DNA from: Candidatus Multivoradales bacterium
GTDB lineage: Bacteria > Acidobacteriota > Thermoanaerobaculia > Multivoradales > Multivoraceae
Reading direction: 5' to 3'
DNA length: 64,000 nt
Assembly (NCBI GenBank): GCA_965223325.1
Contig: CBDCWI010000001.1
Span: forward strand, 192,001 to 256,000
The translations under genes were made by a program, and so were the position numbers. Positions within the stretch are counted from its first letter, which is position 1. Each line of letters starts with the position of its first letter. The notes under the pieces were generated by a model. That model was given only the letters and a program-made list of their open reading frames with translations, was not told where the DNA came from and did not search any database. Below are positions 21,613 through 30,740 of the stretch, piece by piece.

Positions 21613-22743
21613 ATGATCATCGCGGTTGTCAGCAAGAAAGGTGGGGTCGGCAAGACCACCACCGTCACCAGCCTCGGCGCGGCGATGGCGGAGCGTGGCC
21701 AGAGGGTCTTGATCGTCGATCTCGACCCTCAATGCTCGAGCTCACTCTCCCTGGGACTCCGTCGTGTCGAGATGGCACCCTCGGCAGCGGACGTCCTGTT
21801 GCGCAGCACCACCGCCGAGGAAGCCATCCAGGCGACCACCCTCGCCGGCCTCGACGTACTGCCAGGCTCGACCGACCTTCTCCACGCCGACCACGAGCTG
21901 GCGCCGCTGCGTGACCGCGAGCGCATTCTGACCCGCCGCCTCGAGGCCTTGCGCGAGCGCTACGACTGGATCTTCATCGACTGTGCTCCATCCCTTTCGG
22001 TTCTACCGACCAACGCCATCGTCGCCGCAGACCACTACCTGGTGCCCACCACACCGCATTTCCTCGCGAGCGAGGGCATTGAGAACCTCGTGCGCGCTGT
22101 CCACCGCATCGGAAAGCGCAATCAAACGACCTGCCGCCTCCTCGGAGTCGCCCTGACGATGGTTGACTACCGCACACGACTGACCAACGACAACGTCCGG
22201 ACCCTGCGCGAGAGCTTCGGCTCCGACGTCCTGGGCATCGAGATTCGCGTCAACGTCCGTCTTGCCGAGGCGCCCCAGCTCGGAAAGTCGATCTTCGAGC
22301 ACGCTCCCAACTCCACCGGCGCTTCGGCCTACCGTCTGCTGGCCGAAGAGATCGACCTGCGAGTCGGCGCGAGCGCCGAACCCATCCAAGACGAGGCCAC
22401 AGAGGCCACAGAAGGCACAGAGGTCCTTTCTCCCGAGGCCATGCGGCCGGTCGCAGCAGAGCCAGTCGGGGCGTCACGACCGGCAGTCTCCGACGAGGCC
22501 GTACAAGAGCAGCCGCTCGCGCCACCCCACCCTCTCGAGCCACACCCCGCTCCGCCCAGTGGGGCCGGTCACCCCGCCGAGCCCGAGCCGGCCCCGACTC
22601 TCCAGGACGACCAGATCGCAGCTGCCATCGAGGTCATCGATGCGCTCGAGCCAACCAACGTTTGCGCGCCCGAAGACGCCAGCGAAACCGAGGAAGCCGA
22701 AGCGCGGTCTGGCTGGTTCGGGTGGAGTCTCTTGACGCACTAA
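21613..22743 (+). CDS. ParA/Soj family ATPase with Pro/Glu-rich C-terminal extension
   Basis: KKGGVGKTT, VDLDPQ, IFIDCAPS, LAEAP; RBS aaggag. Confidence 0.92.
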   Translation: MIIAVVSKKGGVGKTTTVTSLGAAMAERGQRVLIVDLDPQCSSSLSLGLRRVEMAPSAADVLLRSTTAEEAIQATTLAGLDVLPGSTDLLHADHELAPLRDRERILTRRLEALRERYDWIFIDCAPSLSVLPTNAIVAADHYLVPTTPHFLASEGIENLVRAVHRIGKRNQTTCRLLGVALTMVDYRTRLTNDNVRTLRESFGSDVLGIEIRVNVRLAEAPQLGKSIFEHAPNSTGASAYRLLAEEIDLRVGASAEPIQDEATEATEGTEVLSPEAMRPVAAEPVGASRPAVSDEAVQEQPLAPPHPLEPHPAPPSGAGHPAEPEPAPTLQDDQIAAAIEVIDALEPTNVCAPEDASETEEAEARSGWFGWSLLTH

Positions 22744-22893
22744 GGCGTCACTCCGTTCTCCGCCCCTCCCTGACAGTCCCTCCTGGCAACCACTTCCCTT
22801 CACGTTCCTTCCTGTTCCGCCCGATCTCTTCCTTTCCCTTCGCTCTCGCCCACATCTCTTCCGCGCCAGAACGCTGGAGCCCCGGCCCACCAG

Positions 22894-22902
22894 TGGTATG
22901 AT
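22894..22902 (+). promoter_or_regulatory. Putative extended -10 promoter of parA-2
   Basis: TGgTATGAT about 90 nt upstream of ATG 22992 (RBS aggag). Confidence 0.45.
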
Positions 22903-22991
22903 CCCTCCCTTCCCGGATCGATGCCCTGGCACCAGGAGGCTGTAGCGCCCTGCCGCAACTGCTTTCTGCTTGTGTTTTGTAGGAGAGTTTC

Positions 22992-23822
22992 ATGATTGTT
23001 GCTGTACTGAGCCGGAAAGGCGGCGTCGGCAAGACCACCACCGCCGTCAACCTGGCCGCTGCCCTCGCCGAACACGGAAAACGCGTCCTGCTCGTCGACC
23101 TCGACCCCAGCGGCTGCGCCTCGGCCAGTCTCGGAGTGGAGCGCGGAGCACTCGCCCCATCGGCCGCAGATGTATGCCTCGGGCGCTCGAAGCCGCTCGA
23201 TTCAGTGCGCGAAACAGCGACTCCTGGGCTCCACCTGATGACCAGCTCGGCCGACCTGCGCGACGTCGAAGCGCAACTGGTTGGCGGCAAGCGTAACCAG
23301 GTCGCCGAGGCCCTCGACCCGCTGACCAGCGTCTACGATCTGATCTTCATCGACGCCCCGCCGAGCTTCTCTCCCCTCGCCCAGGCAGCCCTCTTCGCCT
23401 CGGACTACCACCTGATCCCCGCCACCCCCAACTTTCTCTCGCGCCTCCTGCTGCCCAACACAGTCGACTCGATGGCGCGCGCCTGCCACCGCTTCGGCGT
23501 TCGCTCGCACCTCCTCGGCATTCTGATGAACATGAGTCGGAGCGAGGACGACCGAGCCCCGCTGCGCGAGCTCTTCGAAGAGCGCCTCTTCGAAACCTCG
23601 ATCGAGTGGAATGAGTGCATCGCCAGTGCACCTGAACAAGGTCTGCCGGTGCTCGCGACCGAGGGTGGGACCGGTCCAGCCAGCCGCGCCTACCGCGAGC
23701 TCGCGATCGAGGCCTGCGGCCGTCTCGGCCTCGACGCACCAGGTCATGCCATCGAGATCGCCGGCGACGACGATCCGTCGGGAACCAGCTGGGTCTCCCC
23801 GCTGCCGGCGTCGACCCACTAG
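22992..23822 (+). CDS. ParA/Soj family ATPase (second paralog)
   Basis: RKGGVGKTT, VDLDPS, IFIDAPPS; shares APSAADV with parA-1. Confidence 0.92.
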   Translation: MIVAVLSRKGGVGKTTTAVNLAAALAEHGKRVLLVDLDPSGCASASLGVERGALAPSAADVCLGRSKPLDSVRETATPGLHLMTSSADLRDVEAQLVGGKRNQVAEALDPLTSVYDLIFIDAPPSFSPLAQAALFASDYHLIPATPNFLSRLLLPNTVDSMARACHRFGVRSHLLGILMNMSRSEDDRAPLRELFEERLFETSIEWNECIASAPEQGLPVLATEGGTGPASRAYRELAIEACGRLGLDAPGHAIEIAGDDDPSGTSWVSPLPASTH

Positions 23823-24224
23823 GGCCGCCTGAAAGCCGGGCACCTCCTCCCCCGGGCCGAGGGGCGTCACTCGATGGCTGGCCCGGATTCAGCGCTTCCA
23901 GCGTTCTCGAGGCACCTGCGGGGCGATGCCGGGGGACGATGCCAGGACAGGCTCGCCCCGGGCGCTGACAAGCGCTGCCAGGTTCCGTCGGCCCGCAGAA
24001 TCTCTACCCGTTTCACCTGAAACACTAGAAATACTGTTCTACCAGCCGGACGAAAACCGCCCATAGGCGCGAAAAATGGCTTGATTCTCCGTTTTCTCTT
24101 TGCTACCTTACAGGTGGGCATGGGGCACCTCCTGGTTCGGATTCATTCCAACCGTTGTGTGCCCGTTTTTTTTGGCCGTCATCTCGCGTTTTGGCGCGCC
24201 CCCCGCAAAGGCTCAAACGAGGCC

Positions 24225-25481
24225 TCAGGTTTCGTCGAGGAGCGCCTGACTCGCCTTCCGGGCAGCACCGGCCAGCAGCGCTCCACCCACGAAGATCGCG
24301 CCCTCCGCGGCATAGAACCGAGGCGTATGGGCGCCAATGTCAGGTGCCGCGGCCTCGCGGGCACCGACTCGAAAGAACGCGCCGGGGATCGCCTCGAGGT
24401 AGACGCTGAAATCTTCGCCGCCCATATTGACTCCCGGCATCGGCACCACGCCGGCCTCACCCAGCAGGTCGACAGCCACCGCGCGGGCCCACTCTGACTG
24501 GGGCTGGGTGTTGATGATGGGCGGGGTGCCCGGCTCCAGATCGAGCTCGGCACGCACGCGGTGGGCCGCGGCGATGTGACCGACGAGATGGCGCAACTCT
24601 TCTTCTAGCAGCTTGCGGCTGGTGGGGTCGGTCGAGCGCATGGTGCCGGTGAGGCGAGCCTCCTCGGGAATGACGTTGGCGGCCACACCTGCCCGAAACG
24701 AGCCGACGGTCAACACGACGGGCAGTCCGGGGTCGGCACGCCGCGAGGCGACGGTCTGGAGCGCTTGCACCAGTGCTGACGCCGCGACGATCGGGTCGTG
24801 TGCGAGATGTGGCCGAGCACCATGACCCCCCTGGCCCCTGATCAGAATCTCGAACTGGTCGGCAGCCGCCGCCATCGGCCCTGGCTGAACAACTGCTTCG
24901 CCGACCGCGAAGCGGCGGTCGACATGCGCACCGTAGATGGCTGCGCACCCGTCCAGGGCGCCGGACTCGAGGACTTTCGCCGCACCTTTGCCGACCTCCT
25001 CGGCCGGCTGCAGAACGATCAGAACGTCGCCGGCCGCCGGTTGGCGGCTGATCAAGCGCCCCGCCGCGACCGCCCAGGTGGCGTGGACATCGTGACCGCA
25101 AGCGTGCATGACACCGGGGTTCTCTGAACTGTACGGAAGCCCCGTGTCCTCCTCGATAGGAAGCGCATCGATGTCACCCCGCACGGCGACCGGCGGCAGA
25201 TCGCGGTCCAAGCCGGCGAAGCGGACCACCAGACCGGTTCCGGCGACGCGCTCGATCGCCGTCGGGGCGAGCGTTTCGAGCGCCGCCTCGAGACGCGCGC
25301 AGGTGTTGTGCTCCTCGAACGAGAGCTCCGGATGCCGATGAAGGTCACGCCGCAACGCGACCAGAAAGGAACGTTCTTCCTCGCTCCACAGCGCTGCGAT
25401 CTTGGCTGGCAACTCGAGGCTGGGGGCCGCTCCCTCTCGCTCCCTCGCCCCAGACGACCCACCGGCGTCAGCTGGACTCAA
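24225..25481 (-). CDS. M20 family amidohydrolase (hippurate hydrolase-like)
   Basis: RRDLHRHPELSFEE, RGDIDALP, MHACGHDVH, QPAEE, GEDF. Confidence 0.93.
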   Translation of the reverse strand: MSPADAGGSSGAREREGAAPSLELPAKIAALWSEEERSFLVALRRDLHRHPELSFEEHNTCARLEAALETLAPTAIERVAGTGLVVRFAGLDRDLPPVAVRGDIDALPIEEDTGLPYSSENPGVMHACGHDVHATWAVAAGRLISRQPAAGDVLIVLQPAEEVGKGAAKVLESGALDGCAAIYGAHVDRRFAVGEAVVQPGPMAAAADQFEILIRGQGGHGARPHLAHDPIVAASALVQALQTVASRRADPGLPVVLTVGSFRAGVAANVIPEEARLTGTMRSTDPTSRKLLEEELRHLVGHIAAAHRVRAELDLEPGTPPIINTQPQSEWARAVAVDLLGEAGVVPMPGVNMGGEDFSVYLEAIPGAFFRVGAREAAAPDIGAHTPRFYAAEGAIFVGGALLAGAARKASQALLDET

Positions 25482-27262
25482 GGTGTCTCCCCGGCCGCCC
25501 CTCCCGGTGCCCGGTAGCCGGGCCCGCGCACGACGCGACCGGAGAACACGCCGGTCGCCTCACCGTCAAGGAGTGCGACCTCGCCGTTGACCAACACGTG
25601 CAGAACGCCGGAAGCGAGCTGATGGGGGTCCTCGAAGGTGGCGTGATCCTCAACCCGCTGAGGGTCGAAGACCACCACATCGGCAAAGAAGCCGGGTGCC
25701 AGCTGACCGCGGTCGACGATGCCGGCAAGTCCCAGCTGCTCCATCGACAGGGTCGTCAGCCGTCGCACGGCTTCCGCCAGCGTGATGAGGCCCTCGTCGC
25801 GAACGTAGCGACCCAGCAGGCGGGCGAAGTTTCCATAGGCACGGGGGTGGGTGCTATTGCTCAGAAAGACACCCTCGGGTGCCATCGAGGCCGCGTCTGA
25901 GCCGAAGCTCACCCAGGGCAGCTGGATCTGGCGGCGAACGTTGTCTTCACTCATCAGGAAGTACACCGATTCGACCCTGGTCCCATCCTCGATCACCAGG
26001 TCAATCGCGGCAGCTTCGGGTGTCACCCCACGCAGCTGGGCAACCTCGGCAATCGTCTTCCCGGTGTAGGCCCGCCTGAGCTCCGGGTTGCGAAAGCCCA
26101 CCAGCATCACGCCCTCTGGACCGGCAGCCTCGTAGAGGTTCTCCCAACCGTCGCCGGGTAGACGCATGGCCTCCTCGACGGCACGCCGCGTCTGCGGATC
26201 TTCCAAGCGCTCGATCCAGGCGGCTAGCCCACCCTCTTGAACTGCCGGCGGCATCGCCGCATCGAGGCCAGTCGAACCCGCGGTGTAGGTGTACATGTTG
26301 GCACCGACATCGAGGCCCTCGGCGCGGGCGGCTTCGATCCGTTCGATGACGGCATCGAGCATCGGCCAGTTACGGCGGCCGCCCTGTTTCAGGTGGTAGA
26401 TCTCGCCGCCGACCGCAGCTCCTTCGACAATCGCAAAGAACTCGTCGAGCGCTTCGAGAAGCTGGTCGCCCTCGCTACGCATGTGGGTGATGTAGCGCCC
26501 ACCGGACTCACCCGCGGCCTCCAGAAGAGCAGTGAGCTCTTCGGTCGAGGAATAGAACGCCGGTGCATAGATCAGCGACGATCCGACGCCGAGCGCCCCC
26601 TCGGCCATCGCCTGCCGCACAAGATCTTGCATGCGCTCGAGCTCCTGGGCATCGGGTTCACGGTTGTCGTGGCCAAGCTCGTGAATGCGCACCGTCGTCG
26701 CACCAACGAACGAGGCAACGTTGGGAACGATTCCACGCCGTTCGAGGCTTTCCAGGTACTCCCCCAGGGTCGTCCAGTCGATCTCGTACTGGGCTTCCTG
26801 CTGCGCCTCGCGCATCCGCTCCTTCATCGTGTCGTTGAGTGGGCCCATCGACATGCCTTCGCCGAAGACCTCGAGCGTCACCCCCTGGCGCAGATCGCCG
26901 AGCGACCGCCCGTCGACCAGGAGTGACTCGGTCGCCCAACTCAGCATGTTGACGAAACCGGGCGCCACCGCCAGACCGCTCGCATCGATTCGCCGCCGGT
27001 GCTCTCGGTGCTCGAGATCGCCGATCTCGACAATGCGATCTCCAACGATGCCGATGTCGGCATCGACGGGCGGACTGCCGGTCCCGTCGTACACCGCTCC
27101 CCCAACGATCACGACATCGAAGACGGTCTGGCTGGTCTCGGCCTCGGGGGCGCAACCCGAGATACCGAGGAGTCCAGAAACGAGAAGCCCTGCCGCCAGG
27201 AACGCTGCCAGGGCAAACACTGCCAGGGGGAGAAAGCGCTCACGGTCGGTGCGTACCGACAT
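25478..27262 (-). CDS. D-aminoacylase/N-acyl-D-amino-acid deacylase family lipoprotein
   Basis: VYDGTG, THMRSE, YHLK, FGSD, HPRAYGNF, ADVVVFD; lipobox ISGC. Confidence 0.88.
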   Translation of the reverse strand: MSVRTDRERFLPLAVFALAAFLAAGLLVSGLLGISGCAPEAETSQTVFDVVIVGGAVYDGTGSPPVDADIGIVGDRIVEIGDLEHREHRRRIDASGLAVAPGFVNMLSWATESLLVDGRSLGDLRQGVTLEVFGEGMSMGPLNDTMKERMREAQQEAQYEIDWTTLGEYLESLERRGIVPNVASFVGATTVRIHELGHDNREPDAQELERMQDLVRQAMAEGALGVGSSLIYAPAFYSSTEELTALLEAAGESGGRYITHMRSEGDQLLEALDEFFAIVEGAAVGGEIYHLKQGGRRNWPMLDAVIERIEAARAEGLDVGANMYTYTAGSTGLDAAMPPAVQEGGLAAWIERLEDPQTRRAVEEAMRLPGDGWENLYEAAGPEGVMLVGFRNPELRRAYTGKTIAEVAQLRGVTPEAAAIDLVIEDGTRVESVYFLMSEDNVRRQIQLPWVSFGSDAASMAPEGVFLSNSTHPRAYGNFARLLGRYVRDEGLITLAEAVRRLTTLSMEQLGLAGIVDRGQLAPGFFADVVVFDPQRVEDHATFEDPHQLASGVLHVLVNGEVALLDGEATGVFSGRVVRGPGYRAPGGAAGETP

Positions 27263-28080
27263 CAGTCGTTGGCCTCGTCTCTACCGGCCGAGGTGTCGGT
27301 CAAGGGGCGAATGCGGATGTTGCGAAACCACACCGGGTCGCCGTGGTCCTGAATCGCCAGGCGGCCCCGCGGAGAGCGGCCATAGCCTTCCCACTGGGCA
27401 AACTTGCTTCCCGCAACCAGCGCTTCCCATTCTTCGTTTCCCAGCACGTAGGAGACGACGCGCTCCCCGTTGAGCCAATGCTCGACGTCGTTGCCGCGCA
27501 CCAGCAGTCGCACTCGATTCCACTCGCCGACCGGCACCCGGGCGTACTCGGAAGGCGCGATGAGCGCGTAGTTCGAGCCTGCCGAAGTCAGTGGATTCTT
27601 ACCATCGCGGTGAGCGCTGTCGTCGAGAATCTGCATCTCAGGACCGGTGTGGTAACTGCGCTCACCGGCTTCTTCGTTGACCCGGTACATGAGGCCACTG
27701 TTGCCGCCGGGTGAGATCTTCCACTCCAGGGCAAAGTCGAAGTCTCTGTACTCGTCCTTGGTCACCAGGTCAGAGCGTTGGCCACCATCGGCCTCGGCGG
27801 CATCGGGGGAGAAGAAGATCGTGCCGTCCTCGACGGTCCAACCCGCCGGAATGCCCTGCATGCCATAGCCCCGCCAACCGTCGAGGGTCTCGCCGTCGAA
27901 CAGCAGCTGCCAGCCGTCGGCGACTTCGCCTTCGGTCAGAGTGTTGACCGGTGGCTCGTACTCGGACACGGCGGGTTCATCGACCTCTTCGACCGGCGGT
28001 TCGCTGCAAGCTAGAAGCGAGAGGGGCACCAAGAGGGCGAGCGCAGCAAGGGTTGTCGGGACACGTGAGAGACGTTTCAT
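27262..28080 (-). CDS. DUF1080 (3-keto-disaccharide hydrolase family) lipoprotein
   Basis: Lipobox LLAC; WQLLFDG, GGNSG, EMQILD, GEWN, QDHG-x2-VWFRNI. Confidence 0.9.
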   Translation of the reverse strand: MKRLSRVPTTLAALALLVPLSLLACSEPPVEEVDEPAVSEYEPPVNTLTEGEVADGWQLLFDGETLDGWRGYGMQGIPAGWTVEDGTIFFSPDAAEADGGQRSDLVTKDEYRDFDFALEWKISPGGNSGLMYRVNEEAGERSYHTGPEMQILDDSAHRDGKNPLTSAGSNYALIAPSEYARVPVGEWNRVRLLVRGNDVEHWLNGERVVSYVLGNEEWEALVAGSKFAQWEGYGRSPRGRLAIQDHGDPVWFRNIRIRPLTDTSAGRDEAND

Positions 28081-28206
28081 CTTCAAAGCTCTCCACAGTT
28101 GAGGGATCTAGAAACGCAGCGTAGCAGTGCCCAACAGGAGTGCCCGCCGAAGACACCAGGAAACGCTACAGTTGAGGGCTTAGACGGTTCTCGAGGCAGC
28201 AACGGG

Positions 28207-28212
28207 TATCCT
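28207..28212 (+). promoter_or_regulatory. Putative -10 box of a leaderless acylase transcript
   Basis: TATCCT exactly 6 nt before ATG 28219; no Shine-Dalgarno. Confidence 0.4.
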
Positions 28213-28218
28213 GCCCGC

Positions 28219-30696
28219 ATGACCAGCCCCCAGAGCGTTGTCAGGCGAGTCGCCCTCGTCCTGGTGGCGCCGTTCCTTCTCGCGGTCGCCACAGTCACCA
28301 GCCCACGCGCCCACGCACAGCCGGCCACCAGCCGAGACCTGGCGCCAGCGAGCGAGACCATCCAGGCCGCCGGGCTCGACGCGCCGGCCGAGATCCTGAT
28401 CGACCGCTGGGGTGTAGCCCACATCTTCGCCGCCGATCAAGATGACCTCTTCTTTCTCCAGGGCTGGAACGCCGCCCGCGACCGCCTGTGGCAGCTCGAC
28501 TTGTGGAGACGGCGCGGAGAGGGGCGTCTAGCCGATGTCTTCGGCCCCGCCTTCATCGAGCAGGATCGGGCGGCGAGGTTGTTTCTCTATCGCGGAGACA
28601 TGCACGCCGAATGGATCGCCTACGCCTCGGACACCAAACGCATCGTGACGTCGTTTGTCGCCGGCATCAACGCCTACATCGAGCTCACCGAGCGCGAGCC
28701 AGAACGCCTTCCACCGGAGTTCGAGGCGCTCGACTACCAGCCGGAGCGCTGGCAACCGGAAACCGTGGTGCGCATCCGCAGTCACGGTCTCTTGCGCAAC
28801 CTACGCTCGGAAGTCGCACGCGGTCGCTTCCTGGCCAGTCATGGCGAGCTCGCCCTCGCCTTGCGCGACCGTCTGGAGCCCGAGCACACGTTCGAGGTGC
28901 CGGCCGAGGTCGACCTTCCGGCCATGCCCGACGAGCTGCTCGAGACGTATGACCTCGGCACCCGATCAGTCTCGTTCGAAGCGCTCGCGAACGAAGAGGC
29001 CAGCCGCTCGGTCGCTGCGATCGAGACCTTGTCGGCGTGGGCGACCTTCGACGCCCTGGGCTCGAACAACTGGGCGATCGCTCCTTCGAGGACTGCCACC
29101 GGGCGGCCCGTTCTCGCCGACGATCCCCACCGCACGCAGGCGTTACCATCGTTGCGCTACATCGTCCACCTCGCCGCCCCTGGCCTCGACGTCGTCGGTG
29201 CCGGCGAGCCCGCTCTGCCCGGCGTCTCGATCGGTCACAACGGCACCGTTGCCTTCGGCCTGACGATTTTCTCGATCGATCAGGAAGACCTCTACTTCTA
29301 CGACACCCACCCCGAGAACAGCGACCTTTACAACTACCGGGGTTTCTGGGAACCGGTGCGTGAGATCGAAGAAACGATCGCTGTGCGCGGTGAGGCCAGC
29401 GTCACGGCAACGCTACGTTTCACCCGTCATGGACCGATCCTGTTCGAGGAGGCCGACAACGACCGCCTCTGGGCATTGCGCGCGGCCTGGCTCGAACCCG
29501 GGATGGCTCCCTACCTGGGCTCGATCGAGTCCATGCGGGCCGAGACCTGGGACGAGTTCCTGGCGGCGATGAACCGCTGGGGGTCACCGTCCGAGAACCA
29601 GGTCTACGCCGATACCGCGGGCAACATCGGTTGGAAACCTGGCGGCCTCACCCCCATCCGGGAGAACTGGGACGGGCTGGTGCCGGTCCCCGGCGACGGA
29701 AGATTCGAATGGACGGGCTACCGCCCGATGGACGAGTTGCCGGTCGAGGAGAATCCTGCCCGTGGTTGGGTGGCAACCGCCAATCAGATGAATCTGCCGC
29801 CGGACTACGACCTCCCCCTGGGCTGGGAATGGGCGGCTCCCTATCGCTTCGAACGCATCCGGGAGGTACTGAGTGGAGACCGCCGCCACTCCGTCCAGGA
29901 CTCGCTCGCACTGCAAGGCGACAGCCTTTCGATACCGGCCCGGCGGCTCCAGAAGGTCCTCGAGGACGTTCCGGTCAAGGGTCGTGCCCGCCAGGCACGG
30001 CAACTCCTGCTTTCGTGGAACGCCCACCTCGACATCGACAGCGGCGCCGCAGCGCTCTTCGAGATCTGGTGGCGACGACACCTGCCCGGCGCCACCTGGG
30101 CCGCACTTGCGAACCAGCGAGACGACATTTCCGAAGAGGCCACCCAGGCGCTGGTACGCGAAGCCAACGTCGAAAACCTGCTCCGGCTCCTCGAGAACCG
30201 ACTGACCGCCAGAGACCAGGCCATCGCTCTCGGCACCCAGGTCCGGAGCGAGGTCATCACCACGAGCCTTGCCGCTGCCTGGCTCCAGGCAGAGGAGCTG
30301 ATGGGCAAGCGTGTACCAGCCTGGCGTTGGGGCGACCTTCACCAGATCGAGCCCATCCATCCCCTGGCCGGCCGACTCGAAGCTCTGGGCCTCACCGGAC
30401 GTCTACCGGCAACCGCACGACCTGGAAGCAGCGAAACGGTCGGCAACACGCGCTACGGACGCACGAGTTTTCGGCAGATCTCGGGAGCATCTTTCCGATT
30501 GGTGCTCGACGTGGGCGCCTGGGACCAGTCGTTGGCGATGAACTCACCGGGGCAATCGGGGGACCCCCGAAGCCCCCACTTCGGCGATCTCCTCGCCCCG
30601 TGGGCGGCAGGCGAAGCCTTTCCGCTTCTCTACTCGAGAGCCAGCATCGAGGGCGAAACCTTGACCCGGTTGGTGCTTACGCCGCTCGAGCCCTGA
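28219..30696 (+). CDS. Penicillin acylase family Ntn-hydrolase (S45), secreted
   Basis: Signal peptide; DRWGVAHIFA, ARDRLWQ, nucleophile GSNNW, DPH, NSPGQSGDP. Confidence 0.93.
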   Translation: MTSPQSVVRRVALVLVAPFLLAVATVTSPRAHAQPATSRDLAPASETIQAAGLDAPAEILIDRWGVAHIFAADQDDLFFLQGWNAARDRLWQLDLWRRRGEGRLADVFGPAFIEQDRAARLFLYRGDMHAEWIAYASDTKRIVTSFVAGINAYIELTEREPERLPPEFEALDYQPERWQPETVVRIRSHGLLRNLRSEVARGRFLASHGELALALRDRLEPEHTFEVPAEVDLPAMPDELLETYDLGTRSVSFEALANEEASRSVAAIETLSAWATFDALGSNNWAIAPSRTATGRPVLADDPHRTQALPSLRYIVHLAAPGLDVVGAGEPALPGVSIGHNGTVAFGLTIFSIDQEDLYFYDTHPENSDLYNYRGFWEPVREIEETIAVRGEASVTATLRFTRHGPILFEEADNDRLWALRAAWLEPGMAPYLGSIESMRAETWDEFLAAMNRWGSPSENQVYADTAGNIGWKPGGLTPIRENWDGLVPVPGDGRFEWTGYRPMDELPVEENPARGWVATANQMNLPPDYDLPLGWEWAAPYRFERIREVLSGDRRHSVQDSLALQGDSLSIPARRLQKVLEDVPVKGRARQARQLLLSWNAHLDIDSGAAALFEIWWRRHLPGATWAALANQRDDISEEATQALVREANVENLLRLLENRLTARDQAIALGTQVRSEVITTSLAAAWLQAEELMGKRVPAWRWGDLHQIEPIHPLAGRLEALGLTGRLPATARPGSSETVGNTRYGRTSFRQISGASFRLVLDVGAWDQSLAMNSPGQSGDPRSPHFGDLLAPWAAGEAFPLLYSRASIEGETLTRLVLTPLEP

Positions 30697-30734
30697 ATCC
30701 CGGAAGGTCGCACGAGGCCACACCCTCGATGGCA

Positions 30735-30740
30735 TATAAT
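30735..30740 (+). promoter_or_regulatory. Consensus -10 box
   Basis: Perfect TATAAT in a GC-rich background, upstream of the receiver gene. Confidence 0.5.

Noticed and set aside
24191-24208. Sigma-54-like GG-N10-GC
   Set aside because: CC instead of TT at -14/-13, and it points into the 3' end of a convergent gene.
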